From assembly GCA_964600985.1 (NCBI GenBank), contig CAZRJR010000003.1, forward strand, positions 2,583-66,582: a stretch of DNA of 64,000 nucleotides. The letters are read 5' to 3'. This DNA comes from an uncultured Candidatus Saccharibacteria bacterium (GTDB lineage: Bacteria > Patescibacteriota > Saccharimonadia > CAILAD01 > JADZBC01). The translations under genes were made by a program, and so were the position numbers. The notes beneath the pieces were generated by a model. It saw nothing but the letters and a program-made list of their open reading frames with translations. It was not told where the DNA came from and ran no database searches. Below, piece after piece: positions 30,782-40,684 of this stretch. Positions within the stretch are counted from its first letter, which is position 1. The number at the start of each line of letters is the position of its first letter.

Positions 30782-31942
30782 ATGAATATTCTGCTCGTTA
30801 CAGAATCTTACTGGCCAAATGCCGATGGTGGAGCGCTGTTTGAGCGTCGCCTTGCCCTGGGGCAAGCAGCCAAAGGCCACCGGGTATCCATTTGGGCACC
30901 AGCTAAAAACTTTAGTAACTATCAAGAACAAGATGGCAATACTACTATATACCGCGAACGAGCTATCACCCTCATATTTAACCGTAAATACAAGGTAAGC
31001 TTCTGGCCAGCGCTCCACACCAAAAAGATATTCAAGGCTACTAAGCCCGATGTAGTCCATATTCACAATCCTGGCCTCATGGGATTAACGGCGCAACGCT
31101 ATGCTCGCAAACACGGCATCCCAATTGTAGCCACCAACCACCTAATGCCCGAAAACATCCTACTCAACCTGAAGTGGACAAAGTCTTTGTACAACGTACT
31201 CTATAAACTCGTGTGGCGCTATCTGGTGTGGTTTCACAACCGCTGCGACTACGTTACCTCACCCACTCCAACTGCCACCGACTTCTTAAAGAAGTTTGGT
31301 GTAACTAAGCCACTTAAGCCAGTTAGTAATGGTATAGACATGAAAGTCTTTAAGCCGGACCTTGACGCAAGTGAGCTCAAGCACAAATACAAACTGCCAG
31401 ACCTCCCAATATTGCTCTACCTAGGCCGAGTAGATGGTGAAAAACGCCTTGATATTATCTTGCGGGCAATGCCTGAGGTACTCCGTAACGTTAAGTGCCA
31501 CCTGCTCATAGTCGGCTTTGGCAAAGAAATGGAGAACCTTAAGCACCTGGCCACCCAACTACACATTAGCGCCAATATCACCTTTACTGGGTATATCGAC
31601 GAAGCCGACAAGCCATTGTTTTACACTCTAAGTGACATCTTTGTCATTAGTTCTCCTGCGGAGCTCCAGAGCATTGTAACCCTTGAGGCTATGGCTACAG
31701 CAAAGCCAGTAGTGTCGGTCGATGTAGCTGCGCTCAAGGAGCTCGTACACGACGGCGAAAACGGTTATTTATTTAGCGAGAACAACTACCAAGAGCTAGC
31801 CAAGCGTGCCGTAGACCTGTTAAGAGATGATGTAAAAAGAGCATCGTTTGGCAAAGAGAGCCTAAATATCGTCAAAGAACACCACTCTACACAAGTAATG
31901 TTCGATACCTATGAGGCCATCTATAAGCAGGTGGCACAATGA
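30782..31942 (+). CDS. GT4 glycosyltransferase (diacylglycerol glycosyltransferase-like)
   Basis: Start reassigned to MNILLVTESYWP; GRVDGEKR, ELQSIVTLEAMA. Confidence 0.9.
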   Translation: MNILLVTESYWPNADGGALFERRLALGQAAKGHRVSIWAPAKNFSNYQEQDGNTTIYRERAITLIFNRKYKVSFWPALHTKKIFKATKPDVVHIHNPGLMGLTAQRYARKHGIPIVATNHLMPENILLNLKWTKSLYNVLYKLVWRYLVWFHNRCDYVTSPTPTATDFLKKFGVTKPLKPVSNGIDMKVFKPDLDASELKHKYKLPDLPILLYLGRVDGEKRLDIILRAMPEVLRNVKCHLLIVGFGKEMENLKHLATQLHISANITFTGYIDEADKPLFYTLSDIFVISSPAELQSIVTLEAMATAKPVVSVDVAALKELVHDGENGYLFSENNYQELAKRAVDLLRDDVKRASFGKESLNIVKEHHSTQVMFDTYEAIYKQVAQ

Positions 31943-33204
31943 GAATTGGGTTCTTTACTGACCGCTACTACCCCTTGGTAGACGGCGTCGGAGTTTCGAT
32001 CGACATCTTCGCTCGCGACCTAGAGAAGCTTGGCCACAAGGTATATATATTCTGTCCGGCACCTGCTAAGCCGATTGCTCACGAGCCCAGCCATATTATT
32101 CGCTTCCGTTCGGTTCGCAGCATCTTTCACCCAGATCACCGCGATACCATGCCCTGGACGCCTGCAAATGCACGCAAAATCCGAGACTGTAAGCTCGATA
32201 TCATTCACGTCCACACCCCCACTCCGATTGGCCTCATGGGAACTCGCATTGGCATTACCGATAATATCCCCTTGGTAACCACATATCACACAGATATCGA
32301 GCAATACGCCAAGGTATACCGACGCATCATGGGCGGATTTGTAATTGGTAGCTTGTTCGCGCCACTTATTTTAAATGCTCCAGTGAGCTTACGTGAGCGA
32401 ATTGCCGCTATGAAGCCAGATAGCAATGACAGCTTAAGCTGGAGCAGTAAATTAATTCGAGAAACCTTGAACGGACTGCACCGTAACTTTGATCTAGTAA
32501 TTGCACCGTCGCGCAAAATCGAAAAACTATTAAAAAAGTACCGAACTCCGGCCCCATTGGCAGTTTTACCGACCGGAATTGACTTAGAAGAGGCCTCTGG
32601 AGAAACGAACTATAGTCTGCGGACTACCTACAACCTTGAAGAAAACACACCTATTTTGCTCTACTTGGGCCGAATTGGTCAAGAGAAAAACCTTGAGCTC
32701 TTGGTTCGTGCTATGCCGCACATCCTACACAAGCAGCCTGCTACCAAACTCGTACTAGCTGGCCCTGGCGAGGAGGAAACACAGAGGCTTAAAAGTATTG
32801 TTAAGGAGTTAAAGCTAGATGACGTTGTGATTTTTACCGGCAGTTTGACCAGGAGTGAAGTTATTGGCGCCTTCCAAAGCTCAGATATATTTGTATTCCC
32901 CTCTATTACCGACACCCAAGGCCTCGTAATAAATGAGGCCTGCGCCCAAGCCAAGCCAGTAGTGTTCGTGGACGATAAGATATCCGAGCTCACCCACCAC
33001 AACAAAAATGGCTACCATGCCAAGAATAACCCTAAAGACTTTGCTCATAAATGCCTGTCTCTTATCCAGAGGCCCGAACTACAAAAAAAGTTTGGGCTTG
33101 AAAGCCAGAGGCTAGCTCAGATGTATTCAAGCTCCAATCAAGCCAAGCGACTGCTTGAACTGTACGAAGAAGTAATACATGCTCATAAACCCAAGGGCTC
33201 TTAG
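31939..33204 (+). CDS. GT4 glycosyltransferase (1,2-diacylglycerol 3-glucosyltransferase-like)
   Basis: MRIGFFTDRYYP, TYHT, GRIGQEKN, TDTQGLVINEA. Confidence 0.9.
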   Translation: MRIGFFTDRYYPLVDGVGVSIDIFARDLEKLGHKVYIFCPAPAKPIAHEPSHIIRFRSVRSIFHPDHRDTMPWTPANARKIRDCKLDIIHVHTPTPIGLMGTRIGITDNIPLVTTYHTDIEQYAKVYRRIMGGFVIGSLFAPLILNAPVSLRERIAAMKPDSNDSLSWSSKLIRETLNGLHRNFDLVIAPSRKIEKLLKKYRTPAPLAVLPTGIDLEEASGETNYSLRTTYNLEENTPILLYLGRIGQEKNLELLVRAMPHILHKQPATKLVLAGPGEEETQRLKSIVKELKLDDVVIFTGSLTRSEVIGAFQSSDIFVFPSITDTQGLVINEACAQAKPVVFVDDKISELTHHNKNGYHAKNNPKDFAHKCLSLIQRPELQKKFGLESQRLAQMYSSSNQAKRLLELYEEVIHAHKPKGS

Positions 33205-33257
33205 TAGTGGCTTTAAACATAAGTGTCTTGCTGGTATTATAGGGTGTAATAGTAGTT

Positions 33258-34379
33258 TTGGGCGGAACAAACTTGCAAGACACCACTCTCCATAGTAAAC
33301 GAGCGCATGCTTTTCATACTCCTCTTGGTAATGGCACTACTCCGAGCCCATCTAAGCAGGTGCCGGTCAACCCTGCTGCTGCTCGCCCAGAATCCAATAA
33401 ACAATCTGCGACTGACACCGACTCATCTACTCCTGCTAGTAGTTTCGGAGAATCAAACGCAGAAGCCGAAATACGCCGCGACTACATCTTTGAAGAATAC
33501 GCCGTGATTGCCCCTAAAAGACACAAACGTCCATTTGACTTCCGTGGCAACGATCATCCGCTCATCGAAACTGCTTCGAGTCCCCACCTAAACGACCAGC
33601 AAGTGATTGATTCGCTCCCTTCGCCCCTTGGCGGCCAGCCTGTGCGTGTAGTTTCCAACTTGTACCCGGCAATTTCGCTCGATAACCCTAAGGCATATGG
33701 TAAACAAGAGCTCGTGGTAGATACGCCGCTGAGCAATACGCCACCTGGTCACTTAAGCCTAGAGTCCATGCAGGATGTCCTCAGGATCTACCAACAGCGC
33801 CTCAAGATCCTCACGAAGCTCGAGCACGTCCGTTACGTGCAGATATTTAAAAACGATGGGCATCATGCGGGCGCCTCGCTAGCGCACGCCCATACCCAAA
33901 TCTTTGCCCTGCCGATTGTGCCGCCTAAGTTTCAACTACGCGCCCAGGTGGTGGACGCCTATGTAAAGCAGAAGGGTACTAACCCCTATGATGACATTAT
34001 CGCCTTCGAACAACAGCAATCCGAGCGGATCATCTCCGATACCTCGGCCGCACTTGTCTTTACGCCCTATGCTTCAGGCTGGCCACTCGAAGCGTGGATT
34101 ATACCCAAACGACATATGCAAAGTCTCGTTGAAGCTACCCCAGAGGAAATTAAATACATAGCAGAATCGTTGTTAAATATGCTACGGAAGCTTACCGATG
34201 AAGGTGTTAATTATAACTTCTTTTTCGAGGAAGGTGTAAGCAATAACCAACGCTGGGTACTTAAAATATACGGTCGTGATGTGGTAAGTCCACTGGGGGG
34301 ATTAGAGGTCTCAACAGGTATTATGATTAATACCATCCCTCCTGAAGCGGCCGCCAACTGGTATAAAGTGACTCTATAA
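33258..34379 (+). CDS. galT: Galactose-1-phosphate uridylyltransferase (GalT)-family protein
   Basis: IAPKRHKRP, NLYPA, FKN..AGASLAHAHTQ, GLEVSTG; start uncertain. Confidence 0.8.
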   Translation: MGGTNLQDTTLHSKRAHAFHTPLGNGTTPSPSKQVPVNPAAARPESNKQSATDTDSSTPASSFGESNAEAEIRRDYIFEEYAVIAPKRHKRPFDFRGNDHPLIETASSPHLNDQQVIDSLPSPLGGQPVRVVSNLYPAISLDNPKAYGKQELVVDTPLSNTPPGHLSLESMQDVLRIYQQRLKILTKLEHVRYVQIFKNDGHHAGASLAHAHTQIFALPIVPPKFQLRAQVVDAYVKQKGTNPYDDIIAFEQQQSERIISDTSAALVFTPYASGWPLEAWIIPKRHMQSLVEATPEEIKYIAESLLNMLRKLTDEGVNYNFFFEEGVSNNQRWVLKIYGRDVVSPLGGLEVSTGIMINTIPPEAAANWYKVTL

Positions 34380-34399
34380 TGCGTGGATAACTCTCATGT

Positions 34400-34428
34400 T
34401 TGACAGTTCGGTTTTCTTTCGTTATTCT
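34400..34428 (+). promoter_or_regulatory. Promoter TTGACA-N17-TATTCT for comM
   Basis: Motif match; AAGGAG RBS downstream. Confidence 0.65.
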
Positions 34429-34451
34429 CCAAGTAAAAGGAGAATAATACC

Positions 34452-35954
34452 ATGCTTGCAACCATTCACAGCGTTACACACTTAGGACTCAACCCGCAGT
34501 TAATCGATATAGAAACGGATATGAGCAATGGCCTGCCGGGTTTTATGGTTGTAGGCCTAGCCAATAAGGCTGTCGAAGAGTCAAAGGAGCGAGTACGAAG
34601 TGCAATTAAGAACTCAGGGCTCACCTTCCCGCCCAAACGCATTACCGTCAATCTAGCACCGGCTGATTTACCCAAGAATGGGAGTGCCTTCGACCTCGGT
34701 ATCGCCGCTGGTATCCTAGCTTCCTCGGGCCAAATTGAACCCGCAAGCACTATGCAGTCAATGTTTTATGGCGAGCTCGCCCTGGATGGAAGCACCCGAG
34801 CAGTGCCAGGATGCCTAGCGGTGGCTCAAGCCGCCAGTGAACAGGGTTTTAAAAACCTGTTTGTACCGGCCGCAAGCGCCACTCAGGCCGCATTAGTACC
34901 AAATGTAACTATATACCCCACCGAAAGCCTTGCGCAGCTCTACAAGCACCTCATAGGTGAGCAAAGTATTTCCCCACTTGTTAACAACATTGCGACCCCT
35001 ACCCCGGCGAACGTCACGGTCGATATGGCAGAGGTATACGGCCAGGCTCAAGCCAAGCGTGCTATTGAGATCGCAGCCGCCGGAGGACACAATATCCTGC
35101 TTAGTGGCCCACCAGGGTCTGGTAAAACGCTCCTGGCCAAAGCGATTGCAGGCATCTTGCCACCTCTTACTTACGAGGAAATGATAGAGGTAACGCGGAT
35201 TCATGGTCTGTGCAGCGAAGCCAAGGATGCACTCGTAAGCAGCCGGCCATTTCGTTCTCCGCACCATACCTCGAGCAACATTGCACTCACCGGTGGTGGA
35301 CAATGGCCAAAGCCAGGCGAAATTAGTCTTGCCCACCGCGGCATTCTATTTTTAGACGAACTACCAGAGTTTCCCCGCAACGCCCTCGAGGTACTACGCC
35401 AACCCCTCGAAGACAACGCTGTAACTATTGCGCGGGCTACGGCCAGCTATCGCTTTCCTGCTAACTTTATGCTCGTAGCCACCCAAAATCCCTGCCCTTG
35501 TGGGTACGCCGGCGACGTCTTAGCTTCGTGCCAATGCAGCCCTACCCAAATTAGTCGATACCAACACAAGGTATCCGGGCCACTCCTAGACAGAATTGAC
35601 ATCAAGGTACACGTGGGTCGCATGCAAAGTCAGGAGCTCGTGGACCAACAGCCTGGCGAAGCAAGTAAAGCTATAGCAAACAGAGTAGCCAAAGCCCGCA
35701 ATTTGCAGCTAAGTCGCAACAAAACAGCCAGTCACTCTACCCTCAACCACGAGCTTAGTAATCAAGATATTAAAACTCACTGCGCACTCGGAGGACAAAC
35801 TCAGGCAGTGGCTAATCAGGCAATTAACCAGCTTCGACTCTCGGCCCGTGCATACATGCGAGTACTTAAGGTTAGTCGCACGATTGCCGACCTGGCAGGC
35901 AGCGCCAACATTGAGCTTCCCCACTTAACCGAGGCTCTGCAATACCGACTATAG
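34452..35954 (+). CDS. comM: ComM/YifB Mg-chelatase-like AAA+ ATPase
   Basis: ESKERVRSA, NLAPADLPK, GPPGSGKT, PFRSPHH, PGEISLAHRGILFLDELPEF, NPCPCG, SGPLLDRID. Confidence 0.95.
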   Translation: MLATIHSVTHLGLNPQLIDIETDMSNGLPGFMVVGLANKAVEESKERVRSAIKNSGLTFPPKRITVNLAPADLPKNGSAFDLGIAAGILASSGQIEPASTMQSMFYGELALDGSTRAVPGCLAVAQAASEQGFKNLFVPAASATQAALVPNVTIYPTESLAQLYKHLIGEQSISPLVNNIATPTPANVTVDMAEVYGQAQAKRAIEIAAAGGHNILLSGPPGSGKTLLAKAIAGILPPLTYEEMIEVTRIHGLCSEAKDALVSSRPFRSPHHTSSNIALTGGGQWPKPGEISLAHRGILFLDELPEFPRNALEVLRQPLEDNAVTIARATASYRFPANFMLVATQNPCPCGYAGDVLASCQCSPTQISRYQHKVSGPLLDRIDIKVHVGRMQSQELVDQQPGEASKAIANRVAKARNLQLSRNKTASHSTLNHELSNQDIKTHCALGGQTQAVANQAINQLRLSARAYMRVLKVSRTIADLAGSANIELPHLTEALQYRL

Positions 35955-35969
35955 AGTAGCTTGAGAGCT

Positions 35970-36320
35970 CTAGATACGAACCCAACGATACACTTGCGCG
36001 CCAACCGAAGTATAAGCAAACAATGACCACAGCAACACAAGCCCGAGCATGATCAAACCAGCGAGTATGACCGAGTGACGGACCTCCCTACGAGCCCGAC
36101 GCGCAACTACTGCATCGATTTCACTATTATGAGGGGCTGAAACCTTGCTCTCAGCAACTTGTTTGGCAGCTGGATCAGCTTTTTTGGCCACCGAAGGCAT
36201 AGAAGCAGCCCCTGTGGCTGTCTTCGACTCAATGGCACCACCCTCAGCACGCTGTAGAGACTTCTTGTGCTGGGCTTTATAGCTAGATTTCTTGCGATTG
36301 TGCTTTTTCTTCTTGGCCAT
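35970..36320 (-). CDS. Small basic protein with C-terminal TM helix
   Basis: Lys-rich N-terminus, hydrophobic C-terminus, RBS AAGGGG. Confidence 0.6.
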   Translation of the reverse strand: MAKKKKHNRKKSSYKAQHKKSLQRAEGGAIESKTATGAASMPSVAKKADPAAKQVAESKVSAPHNSEIDAVVARRARREVRHSVILAGLIMLGLVLLWSLFAYTSVGAQVYRWVRI

Positions 36321-36420
36321 TTCTTATTCCCCTTTGCTACCATTCTAGCGGCTTTGGCTGTCGTTGCCAAGAATTGCCTAAAACGGCTATAATAACATAG
36401 CTAAAAGTGAGTTTGCCCAC

Positions 36421-36888
36421 GTGGATTTTGTCTTAATCACCCTCTGTATACTGAGTCTAGGTATTGCCACTTACTGTATCTGGCAAGTCAGGCAGATTAA
36501 GTCTGCATATGGCGAATTCTTTGACCATCAAAACCCACGCTCAATCGAACGACTGCTTAAGGAGTATGACCTGGGGGTTAAGGATAATGCCAAAAAACTC
36601 GACGAGCTGGCCACCTTTAGTGCTAACCTTCATAAACTCAGCTCTAGGGGCCTAACAAGAGTAGGTCTCGTTCGCTTCAATCCTTTTAATGACAAAGGTG
36701 GCGATCAAAGCTTCTGCTTGGCTGCCCTGAATCGCCACCTAGATGGCTTTGTAATATCTGCGATCCACTCGCGAACTGGCGCACGACTCTATGCTAAAGA
36801 CATTGCACAAGGCAAAAGTAAGCACCACCTCTCGGACGAAGAGATGCGTGCTATTCAAAAAGCCATGTCACCACGAGAAGAGTCATGA
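36421..36888 (+). CDS. DUF4446-family membrane protein
   Basis: VGLVRFNPFNDKGGDQSF, YAK, LSDEE. Confidence 0.85.
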   Translation: MDFVLITLCILSLGIATYCIWQVRQIKSAYGEFFDHQNPRSIERLLKEYDLGVKDNAKKLDELATFSANLHKLSSRGLTRVGLVRFNPFNDKGGDQSFCLAALNRHLDGFVISAIHSRTGARLYAKDIAQGKSKHHLSDEEMRAIQKAMSPREES

Positions 36889-37259
36889 AATTCGGCCGGT
36901 TCCACTTCAAAAAACAGGACAAAACCCTAAAAGAAAGCTTGGTTAGCGAACTTTTCGTGTATGAACCGGTCACCCTCCAAGGTAATACCACCGTCTACGA
37001 TGACCTCTTGCTCGATACAAAGCTAAAGGGCTCTATTACCTCAAGCGCCCATGTCACTATAGGGCCAAACGCTGTAGTCCACGGTACTATAAAAGCCCGG
37101 AGTATCCATCACCAAGGCAGCCTAGAAGGCAATGTTAGTAGCTCTGGACGACTTGTAGTCCAGGGGGGATCAAAGCTAACACGCAGCAAAATTCAGTGTG
37201 AAGTTCTCGAAGTACAGCCTGGTAGCCAACTAAAGGAAGTAGTAATTACTACAGCATAA
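36885..37259 (+). CDS. Bactofilin (polymer-forming cytoskeletal protein)
   Basis: Beta-helix repeats VTIGPNAVVHGTIKA, LEGNV, LEVQPGS. Confidence 0.8.
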   Translation: MKFGRFHFKKQDKTLKESLVSELFVYEPVTLQGNTTVYDDLLLDTKLKGSITSSAHVTIGPNAVVHGTIKARSIHHQGSLEGNVSSSGRLVVQGGSKLTRSKIQCEVLEVQPGSQLKEVVITTA

Positions 37260-38062
37260 TGCACTATTATCTCTTTGATGACCGCGTAAATAAGCATACT
37301 ACCTCCACGCTTAATCGGGTAAAGAGCTGGATTAAGACAAGTCGAATAGCTGGCCAGCAACTCGATCTTAAAAGTCCTCAACAGATAGTCGAGGAGGTAA
37401 AAAAGATCGCCAGTAACCAAACGACCCCAACAATTGTTGTAATTGGTGACGACTTGAGCCTTGATTTAGCCATTTCCTCCCTAAGTGAGAGTAAAAAGCA
37501 CATCACCGTAGGCTTTATACCAATGACCACGAACTCAAAGAGTGCTCAGCTACTTGGGATAACACACTGGAAACAGGCTAGCAATACTCTATTGCGGGGC
37601 AAGCGTGAGAACTACAAGCTACTGCAGCTGGAAGATTACACAGTATTATCAGGGGCCACATTGATACCAAAGTCAGTCCGGGCAAACTCAAATACCGCTA
37701 TTACTCTAAGCCTAGACGATCAGCTCAAGGCCGAACTCCCCTTGTCCGAAATTATGGTTGCCAATATTAGCAATGATCCTACCCTGCACGAGCATAATAG
37801 CCCCATCCTGATCGAGGCAATTACTAGCCAAGTTACCGAAGATAGACTGCAAAACAAAAAACCACTCATTACACTGCCGGATAGTCTTAAGTCTTCCCAT
37901 AAGCCCAAAATTCTACGGCTCAAAGCTGAGAGCATAGCCATCCAGACCGCCACACCATTCTTGCTTCAAGGACTGATTCAGCTCCGACCCAGCTTTAGCA
38001 TTACACCCTTAGCCCGTCAGCAATCCCTCATTGTAAGCCGTAAACGAGATTCGCTTGCCTAA
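37259..38062 (+). CDS. Degenerate diacylglycerol-kinase-like protein
   Basis: TIVVIGDD and VGFIP...LLGI resemble the DAGK catalytic domain; GGDGT motif degenerate. Confidence 0.55.
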   Translation: MHYYLFDDRVNKHTTSTLNRVKSWIKTSRIAGQQLDLKSPQQIVEEVKKIASNQTTPTIVVIGDDLSLDLAISSLSESKKHITVGFIPMTTNSKSAQLLGITHWKQASNTLLRGKRENYKLLQLEDYTVLSGATLIPKSVRANSNTAITLSLDDQLKAELPLSEIMVANISNDPTLHEHNSPILIEAITSQVTEDRLQNKKPLITLPDSLKSSHKPKILRLKAESIAIQTATPFLLQGLIQLRPSFSITPLARQQSLIVSRKRDSLA

Positions 38063-38126
38063 CAAATCCTTGATTTACTTGCACAATGGTGCTATCATTT
38101 TCTTTGAGCTTTAAGGAGATCTCTTT

Positions 38127-38657
38127 ATAAAGGATAGAATTCGGCTGAATCACGAGATAACTGCACCCATGGTACGGTTACTTGGATCTGATTCTGAGCA
38201 ACTCGGTGTCGTCTCAATTCGAGAAGCACTTAGTATTGCAGAGGATCAAGGTTTTGATCTCGCCGAAGTCTCCCCCTCGGCCGATCCACCTGTAGTCAAA
38301 CTTGTTGACTGGGGTAAATATCGGTACGAACAAGAGAAGCAGCTGCAAAAAAGTCGTCGCAATCAAAAGAACGTCGAAGTCAAGCAAGTCCGATTAGGCC
38401 TTAAGACCGGTGCACACGACATAGACGTAAAGCTTAAGGCAGCTATAAAATTCCTCGAGCAAGGTAATAAAGTTAAGGTAAACCTACGTTTTAAGGGTCG
38501 AGAAATAACTCACCCAGATCTAGGTCGCGCAATACTCGACGATTTCTACACCAAACTGTCAGAGATCGCCACCAAGGAGCAAGAACCAAGCCTGTCGGGC
38601 CGAGAATTATCCATGGTAGTAGCAAGGAGAAAAGATGCCAAAGCTAAAAACGAATAA
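38127..38657 (+). CDS. infC: Translation initiation factor IF-3 (non-canonical ATA start)
   Basis: RLNHEI, PPVVKLVDWGKYRYE, RFKGRE; AAGGAG at 38113-38118 followed by ATA 38127 in frame. Confidence 0.95.
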   Translation: MKDRIRLNHEITAPMVRLLGSDSEQLGVVSIREALSIAEDQGFDLAEVSPSADPPVVKLVDWGKYRYEQEKQLQKSRRNQKNVEVKQVRLGLKTGAHDIDVKLKAAIKFLEQGNKVKVNLRFKGREITHPDLGRAILDDFYTKLSEIATKEQEPSLSGRELSMVVARRKDAKAKNE

Positions 38658-38829
38658 AACTATGAGTAAGCGAGTAAAGATTTCTGCCGGTGGCAAGATC
38701 CTACGTCGCAAGGCCACTCGTGCTCACAAGCTTACGATTAAGTCGGCTTCCCGCAAGCGTGCCTTCACCCTAGAGCACGGTGTTGCACTCGGTGACAGCA
38801 AAAATATCAAGAAAATGTTAGGACTATAA
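38635..38829 (+). CDS. rpmI: 50S ribosomal protein L35
   Basis: MPKLKT..KR; position in infC-rpmI-rplT. Confidence 0.95.
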   Translation: MPKLKTNKTMSKRVKISAGGKILRRKATRAHKLTIKSASRKRAFTLEHGVALGDSKNIKKMLGL

Positions 38830-38832
38830 GCC

Positions 38833-39174
38833 ATGAGAGTAAAACGAGGCGTAGCAGCCAGAAAACGACACAAGAAAGTACTTAAAGCCGCTAAGGGCAT
38901 GAGCCATGCACGTACTTCTTCGTACCGCAAAGCTCACGAAGCAGTACTCAAGGCACTCTCATACCAGTATCGGGATCGCCGTAACGTTAAGCGTGATATG
39001 CGTAGCCTATGGATTACCCGTATTAACGCCGCAGCAGCACAACACGGCGTATCATACTCGCAACTCATTTCTCAGCTTAATAAAGCCAGTATTAAGCTCA
39101 ATCGTAAAGTCTTAGCTGAACTAGCAGTTAACCAGCCTAAGGCGTTTGAAGTAATTGTAAAAGAAGCCAAATAA
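38833..39174 (+). CDS. rplT: 50S ribosomal protein L20
   Basis: [30 protein letters not shown]. Confidence 0.98.
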   Translation: MRVKRGVAARKRHKKVLKAAKGMSHARTSSYRKAHEAVLKALSYQYRDRRNVKRDMRSLWITRINAAAAQHGVSYSQLISQLNKASIKLNRKVLAELAVNQPKAFEVIVKEAK

Positions 39175-39197
39175 GCAGCCATTCAAGGGCTGTAAAC

Positions 39198-39232
39198 TAA
39201 AAGTCTCGGACAAAGTAATCCGAGACTTTTAG
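39198..39232. terminator. Bidirectional terminator between rplT and the convergent gene
   Basis: CTAAAAGTCTCGGA-loop-TCCGAGACTTTTAG. Confidence 0.85.
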
Positions 39233-40684
39233 TTAGCGCTGAAACACAACGAGAAGGGGTCTATCCGTTGCCAAAGCCGAGCTAGACAAATTTGCCACAC
39301 CACGAGTCGACTTGTAGCCTTCTGGTAAACTGATGACTTGTGAGACAGTCTGGTTCTGGCTCCCAATTGGTTTCTCGAAGTAGCTACGCACCACCACCTG
39401 CTTGCTCAGGTTATAATGAAAGGGTAGCTCGTAGGTCAGCGTGTAGTCTGCAGTAGCGCCAGGTTCAAGTTGGGAAAGAAACGTGACTACAGAGCGGCCT
39501 TTTTCGGTATATACTGGGCGCGACTGGTCGAAGCTGTTACTTAGTAGCTTACTCCCATAGGGCAGCGCCACCTTTACAAAGCTTGTGTTTGCCCCTACCA
39601 GCCACTTAGTGAGCCCATCGTGCGGGTCAATATATTGATGGGCATACTGGCCCGTATGATGGCGACGTAACACCAGCTTGGCTGTCGCCTTTCCATGAGA
39701 GTCAATTGTGAGCTGCTGCCTTATGCTCTGATAAATATATGGACTACTCTTATTGGCACCGACATTTGCATCGGCCACGAGAACGTAATTGGCTTCGGCC
39801 GCACTAAGCCCCCCTGCCAGACCCGCTTCACCCAGAAGCTTTTCTATCCGAGAAGACCTGCTATAGACGGCTAATTGCTTTTGAGCCGCCATATCCGTGG
39901 CTAAGCCTTTGTAACGCGCTAGAGTTTCGAGTGTAGTGCGCTCGAACATATGGGCCAGCATTGTGTTTGCTAACACGCCCAGTATAGTCTTGGGGTCTTT
40001 GCCAGCTTGCTTATCGCCCCCCGCTTCGACTTCCAGCTGGACCTTCTCGAGAAAGTTTTCGTGAGTAACAGTCAAGTTATACTCACTCAACGCAATAGGT
40101 CCAGTTACCTTCAACATCTCACGTACTACATTTGGCGTAAGCATTACAACACTGTCTACCTTCTTGCCAGATTCACGCTCAAACAACTTGGCGGCACGCT
40201 CGGCGTTGGTTGGCCAGTCTAAGCTCACCCCACTGTCACGCAAGGTTATTGCGCTCGTTAAGCCAGAGAGCTCTGGGGTAGCAGGCTCAAGTGTAGACTC
40301 CTGCCCTTCAAGCCTGTGGTCGTAGTAATACACGCTATGAATTGGATCAATCTCCACCTTGCCACCTGGCTGAGCATTTATATAGCCAACTGACCCTATA
40401 AAACCCCCTCCGTAACGCATTTCAGCGTTGTTAGTAAATAGAATTAAAATACGGTTCTGCCCATTCCTGCCTGCGAGATGGCGGAGTATTGTTTCGTACC
40501 GTTGAGATATAGTAGCTTTTTCTACAACATTATTATACAGATGAGAAATGGCATAAACTGCCATTAATGCCACTATAATTCCGCCTAAAGCAGCTGTCCA
40601 AGACTTTGCCCTAAGTAGAAACGTGTGCCGTGACAACATCTTGAATCTGCTTAATAAACCTCTCCTCACTAAATGCATGAGCAT
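39233..40684 (-). CDS. DUF4012-family membrane-anchored protein
   Basis: LILFTNNAEMRYGGGFIGS, RDS...DWP, NVGANKS; start uncertain. Confidence 0.8.
   Translation of the reverse strand: MLMHLVRRGLLSRFKMLSRHTFLLRAKSWTAALGGIIVALMAVYAISHLYNNVVEKATISQRYETILRHLAGRNGQNRILILFTNNAEMRYGGGFIGSVGYINAQPGGKVEIDPIHSVYYYDHRLEGQESTLEPATPELSGLTSAITLRDSGVSLDWPTNAERAAKLFERESGKKVDSVVMLTPNVVREMLKVTGPIALSEYNLTVTHENFLEKVQLEVEAGGDKQAGKDPKTILGVLANTMLAHMFERTTLETLARYKGLATDMAAQKQLAVYSRSSRIEKLLGEAGLAGGLSAAEANYVLVADANVGANKSSPYIYQSIRQQLTIDSHGKATAKLVLRRHHTGQYAHQYIDPHDGLTKWLVGANTSFVKVALPYGSKLLSNSFDQSRPVYTEKGRSVVTFLSQLEPGATADYTLTYELPFHYNLSKQVVVRSYFEKPIGSQNQTVSQVISLPEGYKSTRGVANLSSSALATDRPLLVVFQR

Noticed and set aside
34392-34406. 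TCTCATGTTTGACAG resembles the start of the pBR322 tet promoter
   Set aside because: Similarity ends immediately and the flanks are native; coincidence, not vector contamination
38113-38170. ATA start of infC as a novelty
   Set aside because: Non-canonical infC starts are established autoregulation
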